64,000 nt of DNA, taken from the NCBI GenBank assembly GCA_965112155.1, contig OZ218101.1. The stretch is one strand, 5' to 3'. Shown one piece after another: positions 38,202 to 51,219 of this stretch. The position numbers and the translations under genes were made by a program. The notes under the pieces were generated by a model that was not told the origin of the DNA, searched no databases, and was given only the letters and a program-made list of their open reading frames with translations. Each line of letters begins with the position of its first letter. The stretch's first letter is position 1. The stretch comes from Podarcis liolepis (lineage: Eukaryota).

Positions 38202-38725
38202 CAGCGGCGTAGCGTGGGTTGTCAGCACCCGGGGCAAGGCAAGTAATTTGCGCCCCCTAACCTGGGGCAAGGTAAGTAATTTGCGCCCCCTAACCCGGGG
38301 CAAGGCAAGTAATTTGCGCCCCCTAACCTGGGGCAAGGCAAGTAATTTGCGCCCCCTAACCCGGGGCAAGGCAAGTAATTTGCGCCCCCTAAACCCTAAC
38401 CTGCCGCCGCTGCCAGCTTCTTCTTGCTGCTGCCTGGACTGGTCTGGTGTGGTTCTCTCCCGCGATCAGCGCTGCGCTGGGCAGCCGCTGCACTGTCCCT
38501 CCCCCAGCCAGTCCCTCTCTCTCTCTCCGCACCGCACGCCTGGCACCCACCCCCTCCACAGTGGGCGGCGACCCAGCGGCTCGGATCGGATTCGCACAGC
38601 CAGCACTGCAGTGAGAGAGAGTGAGTGAGCCAGGTAGGGGCAGAGAGCTGCGAGTGCGAGCGCGCCCCCCGATGTTGCGCCCGGTGCGGCCGGCCCCCTC
38701 CCGCACCCCCCATGCTACGCCACTG
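38202..38725. mobile_element. hAT MITE, same family as 36478-36643, opposite orientation
   Basis: TIR CAGCGGCGTAGC / GCTACGCCACTG; perfect 8-bp TSD GGCAGAAG (38194-38201 / 38726-38733). Confidence 0.92.
38228..38392. repeat. 33-bp minisatellite x5 inside the hAT MITE
   Basis: CC(C/T)GGGGCAAGG(C/T)AAGTAATTTGCGCCCCCTAA repeated five times. Confidence 0.95.
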
Positions 38726-38818
38726 GGCAGAAGGCAGGGCTGCCCTGGGAGCGAAGGAAGGGGGAGCACAGCAGAGTGCAATGAGTCTTCATGCATCTGC
38801 ACCTCATCTTGCCCCTTT

Positions 38819-38872
38819 TAAAAATTTATTTATTGCTAAAAATTTATTTATTGCTAAAAATTTATTTCTTGC
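38819..38872. repeat. 18-bp tandem repeat x3
   Basis: TAAAAATTTATTTATTGC three times, one mismatch in the last unit. Confidence 0.9.
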
Positions 38873-38962
38873 TTTTGTAAATCTATCAAAGAATAAAATA
38901 AAGATGAGATCAAGGGGTTTTCTCAGAATGGTGGAAGGTGTGTGTGCTGTGTCCTGTTGGTG

Positions 38963-39190
38963 TAAGGTAAAGGTAAAGGTAAAGGTAAATGACCCCTGGA
39001 TGGTTAAGTCCAGTGAAAGACGACTATGGGGTGTGGTGCTCATCTCGCTTCAGGCCGAGGGAGCCGGCGTTTGTCCACAGACAGGATTCTGAGTCGTGTC
39101 CACGACTCGCTTCTGCTGTAATGGGAAACCATGATATGTGCCAGAGTGCACAGAGATGCCATCTACTTTTCCACCACAGCGGTACCTCTT
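38963..39190 (-). mobile_element. Partial, diverged Sauria SINE
   Basis: (GGTAAA)n tail, GACCCCTG...CTCATCTCGCTT...GGCCGAGGGAGCCGGCGT, reverse of the SINE at 40697-41051. Confidence 0.8.
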
Positions 39191-40696
39191 TATGTACTTT
39201 CTCTGGTGGTGGTACCTGCCTTTCTTTTGATAGGAAATGCTCTGTGGGTGGAGGGACAAAATGGGTGTGTGTGTCGAGGAGGGTCAGTTGGGGTGAGTCA
39301 GAAATGTTCCTATTTTCACCTGAGGAATGCTGAAGGGCATGGATACATACAGGATCACATGGTAAAATATCTCCCTTAGTACAGTTAACCTCATATTTAT
39401 TCATGCCACCAACAATTTGGGATACAATTCTAGTTAGCTGCAGCAGCATTTAAGGCTTGCCAAATCTTGTGATCATATTTATTTGGGGTTGAGTTCCACA
39501 TTATGTCTAAACTGACTGCACATCTCATGTGATGTTGTGGTTACATTTTTAGTAATAAGATTATGCCAAGGATTAGACAATCTCTACTGTACAAACAGAG
39601 CCTTAGCTGCATTTTTAAAAATGTTGTTCTGGGCATCTGCCTTAAAATCCCCTTTGCCTCTTTTTTTCAGGATGCTGCTCTGGAGCAATTCATTAATGAA
39701 TGACACCATGTATAGCAACTATTTAAAATGTGCTCTGTATGCATGTGCAGTATTTGTGCAGGCTGATCATGTTTATTCAGAAGTGTGTTCCACTGATTGG
39801 AGTGGGATTTATTCTCACTCAGTAAGTAAGTGTGCATGAGAATGCAATAAGATGCATTAGTATAGGATAAAAATCCTTAGGATTGGTAAGTTCTGGGAGT
39901 CAGGGGCATGGAAACCAGCTAAGACACGGAACACTGAGTTAGACAAACCTCTAATACCCATATACCAAATTAAATTATACATTCCTTTTCTCTGTCTTGT
40001 GAGAAGCCCTAGACAAATGGTTAATCAGTCAAAAGAAGAGAATGAACAGTGTTATGTTCAAGGAGAGAAATAAAAAGCAAGCAATAGTGGTTGTATCCTA
40101 CAGATAACCACTCACTAAGTCTCCAAGTTTCAATCCCAAAATGGCACAACAACTTTAGCAGAAGAACCAAAAAGTTTAGTAGGGGAACCCACTAAGGTGA
40201 ATAACCTAAAGCTGAGCATACTTTGTGCTCTCCTGAATGACGATGGAGTGCTGGAAAAAAACTGGGGGGGGGGGGAGCCTTGTGGAAAGGATGGAATAGA
40301 ATATCCTGGGAAGGGTCCTGGTTGGCTGGCTGACATGTTGAATAGGTGCACTCCAGGCACCACTTGTACTCAAAAAATTTCCACAACTGTTCACCTGTTA
40401 GATTTAGTTCTTGTGAAGTGTGCAAAACATTTACAAATTAAGGACGGCATCTTGAAATCAGTCGTGCACAAAAAATGCCCTTAAATAGAGTTGATCTGTG
40501 TGTACTTTGCTTCAGGATTGCAATCCCAATGTTGCGCCTGCCGAGCCCAACTAATTGGGATAGGACTTCAGCACTCAGCAGGTACCTGTGGCAAAAAAGC
40601 ACATAGTTGCTTGCATCATTGTTACAGGTGAGCAATTCCCCCCTCCCAAAAAAGCTCAATAAAAATTAATTTGGGGGTGGCTAAACTAAATTTATA

Positions 40697-41051
40697 GGGA
40701 CACGGGTGGCGCTGTGGGTTAAACCACAGAGCCTAGGACTTGCCGATCAGAAGGTCGGCGGTTCGAAACCCCACAATGGGGTGAGATCCCATTGCTTGGT
40801 CCCTGCTCCTGCCAACCTAGCAGTTCGAAAGCATGTCAAAGTGCAAGTAGATAAGTAGGTACCGCTCTGGCGGGAAGGTAAACGGCATTTCCGTGCGCTG
40901 CTCTGGTTCGCCAGAAGTGGCTTAGTCATGCTGGCTACATGACCCGGAAGCTGTACACCGGCTCCCTCGGCCAATAAAGCGAGATGAGCGCCGCAACCCC
41001 AGAGTCGGTCACGATTGGACCTAATGGTCAGGGGTCCCTTTACCTTTACCT
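40697..41051 (+). mobile_element. Full-length Sauria SINE (tRNA-derived head)
   Basis: A box GGTGGCGCTGTGGG, B box GGTTCGAAACC, (ACCTTT)n tail, 12-bp TSD TAAACTAAATTT (40682-40693 / 41052-41063). Confidence 0.93.
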
Positions 41052-41227
41052 TAAACTAAATTTGGGGACACTGAGAGGATGTTTGCTCCCTGGCACTGCA
41101 TATGCTAAAGATGGCCCTGCTCAGCCTTGCTGACATGGTCAAAAGGAAAGGAGAGCAATGCATTTGGCAGCGCCACAAATCCAACTCAATGGTGTAATGT
41201 TGGAAAATGTTGATCACTTCTCTACCT

Positions 41228-42018
41228 AGGCAGTTATCTTTCCACAAGGACCAACATTGATGTCGAAATCCAGCATCGCCTGAGCTCTGCGAGTGCGGCT
41301 TTCTCCCGATTGAAGTGCAGAGTGTTTGAGGACTGGGACATTCACAGGGAAACCAACATGCTTGTTTACAAAGCTATTGTACTACCAACCTTACTATATG
41401 CTTGTGAAACATGGTTCACTTATAAACGCCACCTCCAACTCCTTGAAAGATTCCATCAACGGTGTTTCCGAAAAAACACATCACTTGGAAAGACAGGCGA
41501 ACTAATATCAGTGTACTGGAAGAAGCAAAGATCACCAGTGTTGAAGCAATGATTCTTCAACATCAACTTCGTGGACTGGTCGTGTTGTGTGGATGCCTGA
41601 TTATCATCTTCCAAAGCAACTACTTTATTCCAAACTTAAAAATGGAAAGCATAATGCTGGTGGTCAACAAAAGAGGTTTAAAGACTGTCTCAAGGCAAAT
41701 CTAAAAAAAATGTGGTATAAACACTGACAACTGGGAAACACTGGCCTGTGAGGGCTCCAGTTGGAGAACAGCCTTTACCAAAGGTGTCATGGGCTTTGAA
41801 GATGCTTGAACTCAGGACAAAAGGGAGAAACGTATTAAGAGGAAGGCACACTTGGCAAACCTTCACAGTGATCAACTCCTGCCTGGAAACCTATGTCTCC
41901 ACTGTGGAAGGACATGTGGATCCAGAATTGGCCTCCACAGTCACTTAAGACTCACTGTTAAGACAGTGTTCATGGAAGACAATCTTACTTGGCTACGAGT
42001 GATCGCCAAAGAAGAAGA
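41228..42018 (+). mobile_element. RTE-clade LINE, 5'-truncated and frameshifted
   Basis: IDVEIQHRLSSASAAFSRL...VYKAIVLPTLLYACETW...LERFHQRC...ITWKDRRTNISVL...GGQQKRFKDCLK, C-terminal C2H2-like CLHCGRTCGSRIGLHSH, (GAA)n tail. Confidence 0.88.
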
Positions 42019-42158
42019 CGACTCCTTAGCAGTGGTTATGGATTTTTTCTTGGGGGTTTAGTCTGAAAGCCTTTCTCAAGTACTATTTATGGTGTTAAAT
42101 ATGTGCTTGTATCATATGGAAACATTCACTATTGAGTTTTACCATACTTGTATATTGT

Positions 42159-42303
42159 CAGTGCTTTCTTTCTAAAAAATGTCTAGGGGTTCTCTCATTT
42201 TCCTGCTCATATTTAAATACTACCCCTCCAATGAGGCAAAACTTAGATTCACAAAATGTTTAGGGGGTATGCATACCCTGCGTACCCCCAGAAAAAAGCA
42301 CTG
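42159..42303. mobile_element. Small hAT MITE
   Basis: TIR CAGTGCTTTCTTTCT / AGAAAAAAGCACTG; 8-bp TSD TATATTGT/TATATTAT. Confidence 0.8.
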
Positions 42304-42508
42304 TATATTATACATCAAAATTGATATTCTTGTATTCTAGAACAATATTATTTAACATAAAAGTGATATAGAAATGGCATAAATACATAATACAGAAAGT
42401 TAGTCATTTGTTTGTGAATTAGTTTTGTGTGCAAAACAGCCAATAAACAGCCAATGAGAGTTTTGGGAGCTATCAGCCTTCATTTTATTATTTTATCCTC
42501 ACCTTGGG

Positions 42509-42512
<4 letters not shown>

Positions 42513-42548
<36 letters not shown>

Positions 42549-42566
42549 ACACACACATGCGTGCGC

Positions 42567-42597
<31 letters not shown>
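42513..42597. repeat. (GT)n/(AC)n/(AG)n compound microsatellite
   Basis: Direct reading. Confidence 0.9.
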
Positions 42598-42599
<2 letters not shown>

Positions 42600-44624
42600 C
42601 TTTGCTTTAGGCCAAAAAGGGAATAGGGGCATTAAATGCAGTCAGATTAGTGTGATGAGACAATCTACTAACCTGGATCTTAATATTTGGTGTGTGGTGG
42701 CAATAAAATACTCATGGAATTAGATCACAGTAAAATCAGAAAGTGGGGAGAATTTTGGACGTGGGAACTCTGTAAGCATCATTATTGTGGATCCATGACA
42801 TATATGTTTATCTGACAAACTATCTCATGCTGTATATTTTGGATTTAATAGCTCACGGTCTGTTCAAGTTGCTAACTTTTAATGTCAAAATGCTACTTGC
42901 TACAATCATTATGAGTGCAACATGGCATATTAGGTTATAAAATTCAAGCTGCATGAAGAATAGGCACATATAACACAAGCATATAAAAACCAGCTCTTTA
43001 GGTTGGATTTTGTTTCTGCCTTCTGCGGAGCTTGATTGCAGATAGAGAGAAGCTCTCTTCCTGTTTTAGTCACATCAAGTGAAAAAGTGGGGAGAGTGGA
43101 TAGACTATAGAGCTATCCCATGCCCCACGTCTGAAATCCATGTGTTAGTTTGCCTATGCAAGGTGAGGTCTTTGAATGCTTACCTCTTCATCTAGAAGCA
43201 TCCCCAATTCCTAGAAACCTGACTATACAGAATTCCAAAACTCAGCAAAGCCTCTGCATTAGGTGGCCGTTGGATGGCAGGTGCAGGATTTGGGTGTGGG
43301 GTCTCACGCCAAATGCATAGTCCTGAGACCTTTTTCTACTTGCTTTCCCTCTTCACATGAGCTCTCGTGCACTAGAATGCACTTTGTGTGTTGCAAATCT
43401 ACTCTGAGAATTACTCAGTGGAACCCATAACAATAAAATGAAAGTACCATAGAAACTAGATTAAAAACAATAAATTGCAGGGCGGGGGGATGACACCGAG
43501 ACAGCAACCGACTACTAAAAGGTGCATAGCTCAAACTCTGCCAGCCCACGAACTCTCACACAGAGAATTATTCAGTTTATGGTGAAAAATATACAAAGGG
43601 TAGGATAAACCATAGGCATTCAAACTGATTTTTTTTGGGGGGGTCTATTCCCCCCCACCCCAAACTGAAATATGAAATCCACCAAAAGGATCCAGGTGCA
43701 AACAGCAACATTTCATATGTACATTCACCAGGTAAGAATCACCTTTCCATTCTAGAGCTGAGCTCAGAGACTTTTAATATAAAAATATATATTATTTAAT
43801 ATAAAATTTTCTCGCATCCCAAGCTTTGTTTCAGCAGTGTAAGGCAGGGAGAGTGAAAGAATTTTTTTGGGAGCTATAAACCCTTCTGGGTTTGATTGGA
43901 AATCACTGAGAAGTAACAAAAGATCCAAATGTACTGCCTGCCCACCTGAGCAAAGCTCTATCTGGGTGCCACTTGAACCCTAACAAATCTCACAGCAGAA
44001 AAACAGGGATATGAGCCAGGCCTTGGGTGGTGATCTTAATAGTCCCTGAGGCACAGTTAAGAGAAGGTGTTCCTATGTAGGACACAGACTACTGTGGCTT
44101 TAAATTGATAGTTCTTTAAAAAGAAACATTTTTAAAAGACAAGCCCAGAGTTTGATGTTATTCTTTTAGGAGAGGAAGTTTTGATATTGATTTAAATGCA
44201 GACACTTCTGAGCCCTTAGGAAGCCAATAATGCTATGAAGTAGACATAAAAGAGATGAAAACAAAAGCATTTTGACCACAATATACTCCCTGAAATAGGC
44301 TGTAAAAAAGGTCTAAAAGCTCATAAGGAGTTGTGCATTCTCTTAAATAAAATATACTGTGGCCTGATAATCTCCAAACTATTCCCTATTTAGAAGAAAA
44401 TGGGCTTAATAATAGTTTTTGTTTATATTACCCCTGTATATTTATGAACAGCTAAGTGCTGAAATAACAACATAAAATCAATAGACTAGCTAAGTGTTGA
44501 TGCCCAAAGACATGGACTGTGCGTTGGGCTTCCACATATTAAGAGGACGCAGAAGTATTAAACAACCATCACACCGTTGCAAGGTACTTGGAAAAGGTGG
44601 TGATAGGTTTGGAGGAAATGATGA

Positions 44625-45012
44625 TATGGATCCATTTCAGCCTTGTTTCAGATCTATTCATGGCACTGAAACTCTCTTGGTGAACCTAGTTGATGACATT
44701 TGTGAGAAGACTGATCCTGGTCATTCTCCTTAATCTCTTGGCATATTTTGATACCATTGATCATGGCATACTTCTGGAGTGGCTCACAGTGGTGGGGATT
44801 TGGGGCACTGTACTTCACCAGTACTACTCCTACATCCATAGCCATTCCATAAAATAGGTAGAGGAGCATTGTTTAACACCATGGGGGTTAACCTCTAGTG
44901 TCCCACGTGGTTCCATATTGTTTGTCTGGGCTATTTAACATTTATCTGAAACTGCTGGGAGCTGGCATCAGGCAAGTTGGAGTCAAGTATGCAGATAGCA
45001 CTCAGCTCTGTC
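44625..45012 (+). pseudogene. Degenerate L2/CR1-clade reverse transcriptase fragment
   Basis: DPFQ..FR..HGTET.LV.LVDD, FDTIDHGILL, VP.GS, LFNIY, YADSTQL motifs across frameshifts. Confidence 0.75.
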
Positions 45013-47572
45013 TCTTTAGTGCATGGCATGACACTCAGTTTTACACATTGCTCCTTTCCTTTCTTTCTGCAATGGAGCCACAAGTGTCTGCTTCCTGGTT
45101 TTTACAAAAAAGGTGGTCTATCATTACATCTGAAAAGAACAAACTAGTTAGTTTAAACCAATGTTTATTGAAATAAGTCAGGATCAAATACTGGTTAATA
45201 GGCTTGACTACTTAATTTAGTTTAGCCAACCACGGTTTATCCTTTTTGAATGTAACAATTAACTGTGAATTGTGAAAAACAGGAAGCAGGTTTCTTCCAT
45301 CTTTTCCTTGTGGCTGGATCAAGACAAGAAAGGGGAGCGGGAGTATGTGAGCTTGAGCATTCATGCAACAGTAAATCTTTGTTTATCATTTTATTGGGAA
45401 TAGGTCGATAAAAGGCTATCTTAGCATCTGGACAACGAAGTGATTTAATGGAATGGTGCAGCTAACATCACATTCACAGTCCCAGTGCTTATACCAGTCA
45501 GATTGGCACAGCCCAGAGGCCTGGATTGGCCCCACTGCTGCCAGGCTGGCACAGCAAAGAGACCCAGATTTGACCTGTTGCTGTCACATGACAGCTGCAG
45601 GGTCCATGCAGAATCCAGCAGATCTTGTGCCTGCCCACCCCATTCTGATCCCTCAAACATCTTGTTTAATAGAGTTTCTGTCAGCTATTGTCAATGAAGT
45701 TACTGCCAAGCCTTGCCCATGTGCCATGTGGGTGAACATATTAGGGTGCTTCCTGCCAATAAAGCTTTCTTACCAAGGGCAGAGCAGGACAGGGCTGCAC
45801 AGAAGGAGGCTCCCACTCCTCCTAAGCTCAAGTGCCACAGATCAGGAGTTTCAAGTGATCTTCCCATCAGTCAAAATAACGTCTGCAAAATGAACATATA
45901 TAGGTAAGAAAAACAGGTCCTCTTATACTTCATTTACGAGCAGCCATTGCTGCCTTTATTATAATAGTTGTTGGAATACAATAATTAAAACAACGATTTC
46001 TTTAATATTCTAACTGCATATTCAATACAATTCTGTCCATATATTAAGCCCAAATATTAAGCTGGCATTGCCTATTTGAGAAATCATTGTACAAAAATGA
46101 ATTTCATTTATGTTAAAGTAACAAACTCATCTCATTAAGGGAAGCTCTGAATCTGAAATCCTTAAGAAGGCCAAAAAGAAAGTTCAAATTAGACACAATA
46201 AAGAAGGATTAGAGAACAAAGGTTTGAGGATTATCTCATGGAGAAGATCATAAACAGGAATGCAAAATACAACATGAATACAAAATTTTCAAAACCATGA
46301 ATACAAGTTTTGAGAACACACTTCAGTTTATCTTTGAAACATTATAAGCAGCTCTTGTCTTTGAATTGTATGCTTGCAAATATGAATAAACATGGCTACT
46401 TTGTTTAACAAGAAATATTCTTTATTATATAACCTTGTTTCCTATGCCCAGCTCCGTCCTTGAATATTAAAAACGTTTTGGATCAATGACCAAATCGTTG
46501 CTTCTAAAACAACTTTCCCCTGCTTGCTAAATGTATAAATGTTAGCTATGGGTGTCAAATATTTGGGCAACAGATGAAGCCATGTCTCTTGAAACATTTT
46601 CTTTCTGCTCCAGATTGTTCTCAAAGAAAAATCCTAGAGAAGCATGAAATATTATTTTGAAACAAAAACTACATTCCATATTATTGTGTTGTGAGAACAG
46701 CAGAGCACCCTGAGACATTCCTGTGATGGAACAGGAACAATTTCATTTTGCCACAGATCTATCTGGAAGGATCCAGGGCAAAACTAAAGCTTATACTGGA
46801 GTTGTTCTGTCTCATACTGTCACTGTGCCTAGCACAGACTACATTTGGAGAAGGCAGCTGAGGGTCCATTGGCTGCTGTAGAGCTTCCTCTCTGGAACAG
46901 AGAGGAAGGTCTGTGGATATAGCCCCCCAGCACACTGACAGAAATTTCTGCCACTCTTTCTGCACCATTGTCAGTACTCTGTGGTACACAAAAATGGGTA
47001 CGACATAGACCAAGAAACTCTGCCATCTCTGGAATTGGTGGGTCATTTTATCTTCCACTCAGGTCAATGGGAGGGTTAAAATTAAAGAATGAAGAGGAGA
47101 CACTACTATTCAGCTTCTGTCTTAACCAGAGCAAGGCAGCAGGGCTTAGTAAGTGGCAGCTCTCCCCCACCCCATCTTCCTCTTCCACTAGTAACAAGTC
47201 CCATATTGTGAGCGTGAAGTTATTATGCCGTGCACATTTGTATGCAATTTTACTTATCACAAAGCTTTGGTGACATGCAAAGGGAGGGCCGGGTGGCTTT
47301 GGTGAGTAATAAATGGAGGGGAGGGGGTGGATTTGGTGAGAGGTGGGTTGATGGGGAGGCAGACAGGCAAATGTAGTGAGCAAGGCCACAGCTCCTGGTG
47401 TGTTAATACACACAAAATCCAAGAGTTACTAAACGATGACTTTGTGAAATTCTGGCATCAAATGGAACACAAAGGCAGTAAGATGCACCCACAGAAATAT
47501 TGCTATGGTTGTTGTTCCATGTATGCAGTCAGACAACAGGAGCAACTACTTCTAACAACCAAGCAGAACCAT

Positions 47573-48041
47573 TGTCAGGTTTAGCACTTCTCCCACACAA
47601 GACATGAAACGCTGGCAGTTTTACTAGTTGAGGTTTATTTATCAACAACAGGCATTCAGAAATCTCAGCTTCATACAACTCATTCCTCACTGTCGGAGTC
47701 AGTTGACTCGACTGGCTTCTGGCCCCTTCCAAGGCTAGATATATGCCCAGCTCTCCCCCACTTCCTGCTGGTCCTCCTTTGTTCTCATCACTTGCTCCAC
47801 CTCCTGATTCTTGGAGACTCAGGTGCAGCCAATTCCTACCCCTCTGGAGTTGAATCCAACCCCCCTCCTACCACCTCCATCCTGCTCCTTCATCTTTGTG
47901 CTGCTGCATAAACTTACAGGCAGCAATCCAGGGCGAGAAGGGCTTATCTCACTTTTGTTGTGAAAAAGAATTAAGTTCCTGTTTTCCTGTGCCTCTTCCT
48001 CCCCCTCTGCAGATTCCTCTCTTCTGGCCATGTCTCTGACA
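47573..48041 (-). mobile_element. Gypsy-type solo LTR, older
   Basis: TGTCAG...CTGACA ends; on the minus strand a purine-rich U3, TATA-like ATATAT near 47740 and AATAAA near 47635; flanks ACCAT/GTCAT. Confidence 0.6.
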
Positions 48042-48615
48042 GTCATGCAAAGTGTACTGAGAAGAAAGAAAGGGTATTGCCCCCAGATAGCTAGAATGAA
48101 GACTCATGACTCATAATGTAAAGGGCATAGTTTTTGCTAACAGGAGCTTAAAGGTCTGCAGCAAGGCATATCAAATAGCAGCAGACTTGGAAATTGCTCT
48201 GAGGAATAAAGAGCAGGCCAATCTTAGGTTCTGGGCATCACCACCACAGCTCAAACCTACTCACCCAATTTAAACTAAGGTTAGGTTCTCATTCTCCACT
48301 CATCATAAAAATGAGCTGAGAGTGGGCTGTTTCTCCACCCTGTCCCTACAGTCCAACATTTACCAGTAACTGGACAGCTCCTTCAGGTCCAAGAACAGCA
48401 GACCAAGCAGCCCTTAAGCTGGACAACAATGTGGGGTGGTTGGCCAGAGACCCTTTTCCTGAGGGTGCCTGATGGTGCTCACCTTATGCCCACGTTTGTT
48501 CCCTTCCCAGCCAAAACGCGACACTAATGTAACCCACTAAGTGGGTCACTGCAATGAAGCAAAAGAGCAGGCCTCGAGGGTGGTTCTCCCTTACAATGGA
48601 GCAGCTGACCTCACT

Positions 48616-49078
48616 TTGTTACAATCTACAAAAATGCAAACGCAACACGCTGGAATACTGATCAGTAGCTACATTATCCAGTGAGCACTGATCTACTAGT
48701 ATGATCTTCACTAGTATGTATATTTCATTGATAATTATTCTCTGATGAAGACTTTATTTCGAAACAGTTGAACTATTCCGGATGCATTGTCCTTTTGAGA
48801 CTTCGGAGAAACGTCTTCCTTTTAGAATTGTGTGAGATGTCTTCCTTTGAGAGACGGTTTGGCGTTCCTCGCTATTCGTTGGTTGTTTGAACCTTTGTTT
48901 GACTCTGATATACATAACAATTTGCAGTCACTTGTATATTTTGTGAGATGTGTTGTATGTTATATATATTATTTTGAAGTGGCTTATTCGTATATTTTGA
49001 ATGACATCATACCGATTATATATTTACTAATAGTTATTAGCCAGCGTGTTGCGTTTGCATTTTTGTAGATTGTCACAA
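48616..49078 (+). mobile_element. Element with 33-bp perfect inverted ends and an internal hammerhead-like core; Penelope-like
   Basis: 48621-48653 is the exact reverse complement of 49041-49073; CTGATGAAG...TCGAAACAGTT at 48742-48769. Confidence 0.6.
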
Positions 49079-49973
49079 CACAGGGGTTTGTGTTTGTTCA
49101 GCCTTCACTTTGTTGGCCAATGGAGTGGCTTGACTCCACCCACCAGGAAGAAGCCCAATGAGGTTTTCTCGATTCAAAGGACTGGGGGCAAATCACCCTC
49201 ATGCCAATCAATGGTGAAGCTGCAATCTTATTAGATTTAATTTTGGGATTTTAATCCATTGGTGCTGAAACCATTTTAGTTGTTTCTTCCATTCTTAGAT
49301 TCCTTAACTATTTTTGTTCATAGCACAAATGGTAAATAAAAAAGAAGCATCAAGTGTTACTAGGTAACCTTACACCATGCTCTTTCATCTGTTTAAAAAA
49401 ACTGAAAAGAAGAGGAAGATTAAAAATAAAAGGGCACTACAATCTGGCAAACTCTAATTTGGGGGGGAAATGTGTGCTGTATCTCTGTCAGTAGTAATTT
49501 CCTATTATATTAATCAAATTCAAAATATTCTACATGCACAATTACAGCAATTTAAACATAAGTCTCTTATTCTGAATAATGAGGAAATTACTGAGTACTG
49601 ATAAAAATTAATAAAATAAAAAAATCTAAAAAGCAATTGGTTTTACAATTGAATGAATAAAGAAGCTCTGAAACACTCCTCTACCTGAGGGAAGGAATGG
49701 TATCTGAACACTTGAAATATAGAACTGAAAAGGAGTGTGACCTGGTCTGCACATAGAGGAAAATAAGGTAATAGAATCCTAAGGTGGCAGGTGGATTGTT
49801 CCACTTTAGACTGCAAATGGAAAACACCATTCCTGAATGCTCCCCCACATATAAAAATCTCCTTGCAAAGAGAAAAACAGAGAGCAAGAGAAACTAGCAA
49901 ATCCATGACAAAGAGTCTAAATACATTTTAAATTGCCTGCTCTTTCTCTGCTCCAAATCTCTTTCTCTCTCTC

Positions 49974-49977
<4 letters not shown>

Positions 49978-50004
<27 letters not shown>
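49978..50004. repeat. (CA)n microsatellite
   Basis: Direct reading. Confidence 0.9.
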
Positions 50005-50005
<1 letters not shown>

Positions 50006-51219
50006 CCCTCTGTATTGAATTCAAAATGGGTTTTTCATCTTGTATTTTCTATCCTTTTGTGGGCAGTTTGGGGAGGTAAGCAGAACTTGAGTAAATGTAT
50101 TGTTAAGCGTCCCCAATTGTTCTCTCGTGTACAGGCACACACACAAACACACAGAATGTCTTCCCATTTCATTTTTGGTAAAGATTTTTCTTTTTACTTC
50201 TGCAAAACTTGGGGTTCACCTAAGCCTCCTGATGCCTCATTCTTTGGCCATATAAAGGGTACACTATTTCTGATTAGTACATAACACACTATGGGAATAG
50301 AAGCTGCTGCAGAGTTTTAGGAACTTCTGATCTGCTGTAATACTTATTCTGGGGTCGAGGAGAAGACTTATCCAGTTTTTGGTTTTGAAATGGAGTTCTC
50401 TACAAAGGAGATCCTGCTTTCTCTATTTTGATTCACCTTATGTTCTGTGGACCTTGAATGCTTGCTTTACTTCCATATCCTTACACTTCTTTTTAAATAA
50501 AGAAAATAAAAATTAACTTCAGACACTAACATAAATGAGAATTCCAACTAGCTTTGAGTAAAGGGAATACTCTGGCGATATGTATTGCCTGCAGCACTAC
50601 CAGCACAAACTCTGATCTTGACAGATCTCCCGAGCCATGCAGGGGCACGCCTGGTCAGTGCATGGAGAGAAAGTTGCAAAAGGAAACCCTAGCAACAAGC
50701 AGACAACCCTCCTAAGTGATGCTTTGGAAAGTGCCTTTTACTGATTCAGTTGCAGTCTGGGAATTAAGATAAATTATAAATTGGTTTTAGACTTCAGAAA
50801 CCTTTGCCATAACCTTCTGTCAGAAGCTGCCAAAGGCAGGAGCAAGTTCTAGCTCAAAACAGCGATTTGGAGAGAGATTTCAAAATGGCATGCACTTGGT
50901 TCATTAGCAGGATAATAATCATGTTAGGCTAATAATCAGCATAGCCTCAAAGGGGGGGAAAATAACATTTTAAGTTAAATGTGAACATTAAATATAAGCA
51001 GGCAAAACTAATCTATTTAGGATGCTAATTAAAATAAGCATTAATACAAAACATATGGCTTTTAAATATCAGTATAACTCCTGATGGCTTTAATATTGTG
51101 ATTTAATCAACAGGATAGGCAGTGGAATGTCTGAAGGAAGCAGTTCAAGGAACAAATGTGAGGGATTTTTGTTTTCTTTTTATATCCCATGGAACATGGA
51201 CAACTGAAACACACTATAG

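Noticed and set aside
38228-38392. Regularly spaced repeats superficially like a CRISPR array or repeat protein
   Set aside because: Head-to-tail 33-bp units with no unique spacers, inside a eukaryotic hAT MITE
40697-40780. tRNA-like A/B boxes
   Set aside because: Head of a Sauria SINE, not a tRNA gene
45453-45907. 146-aa ORF with a nearby GTAAGA donor
   Set aside because: No homology recognisable and no consistent exon structure
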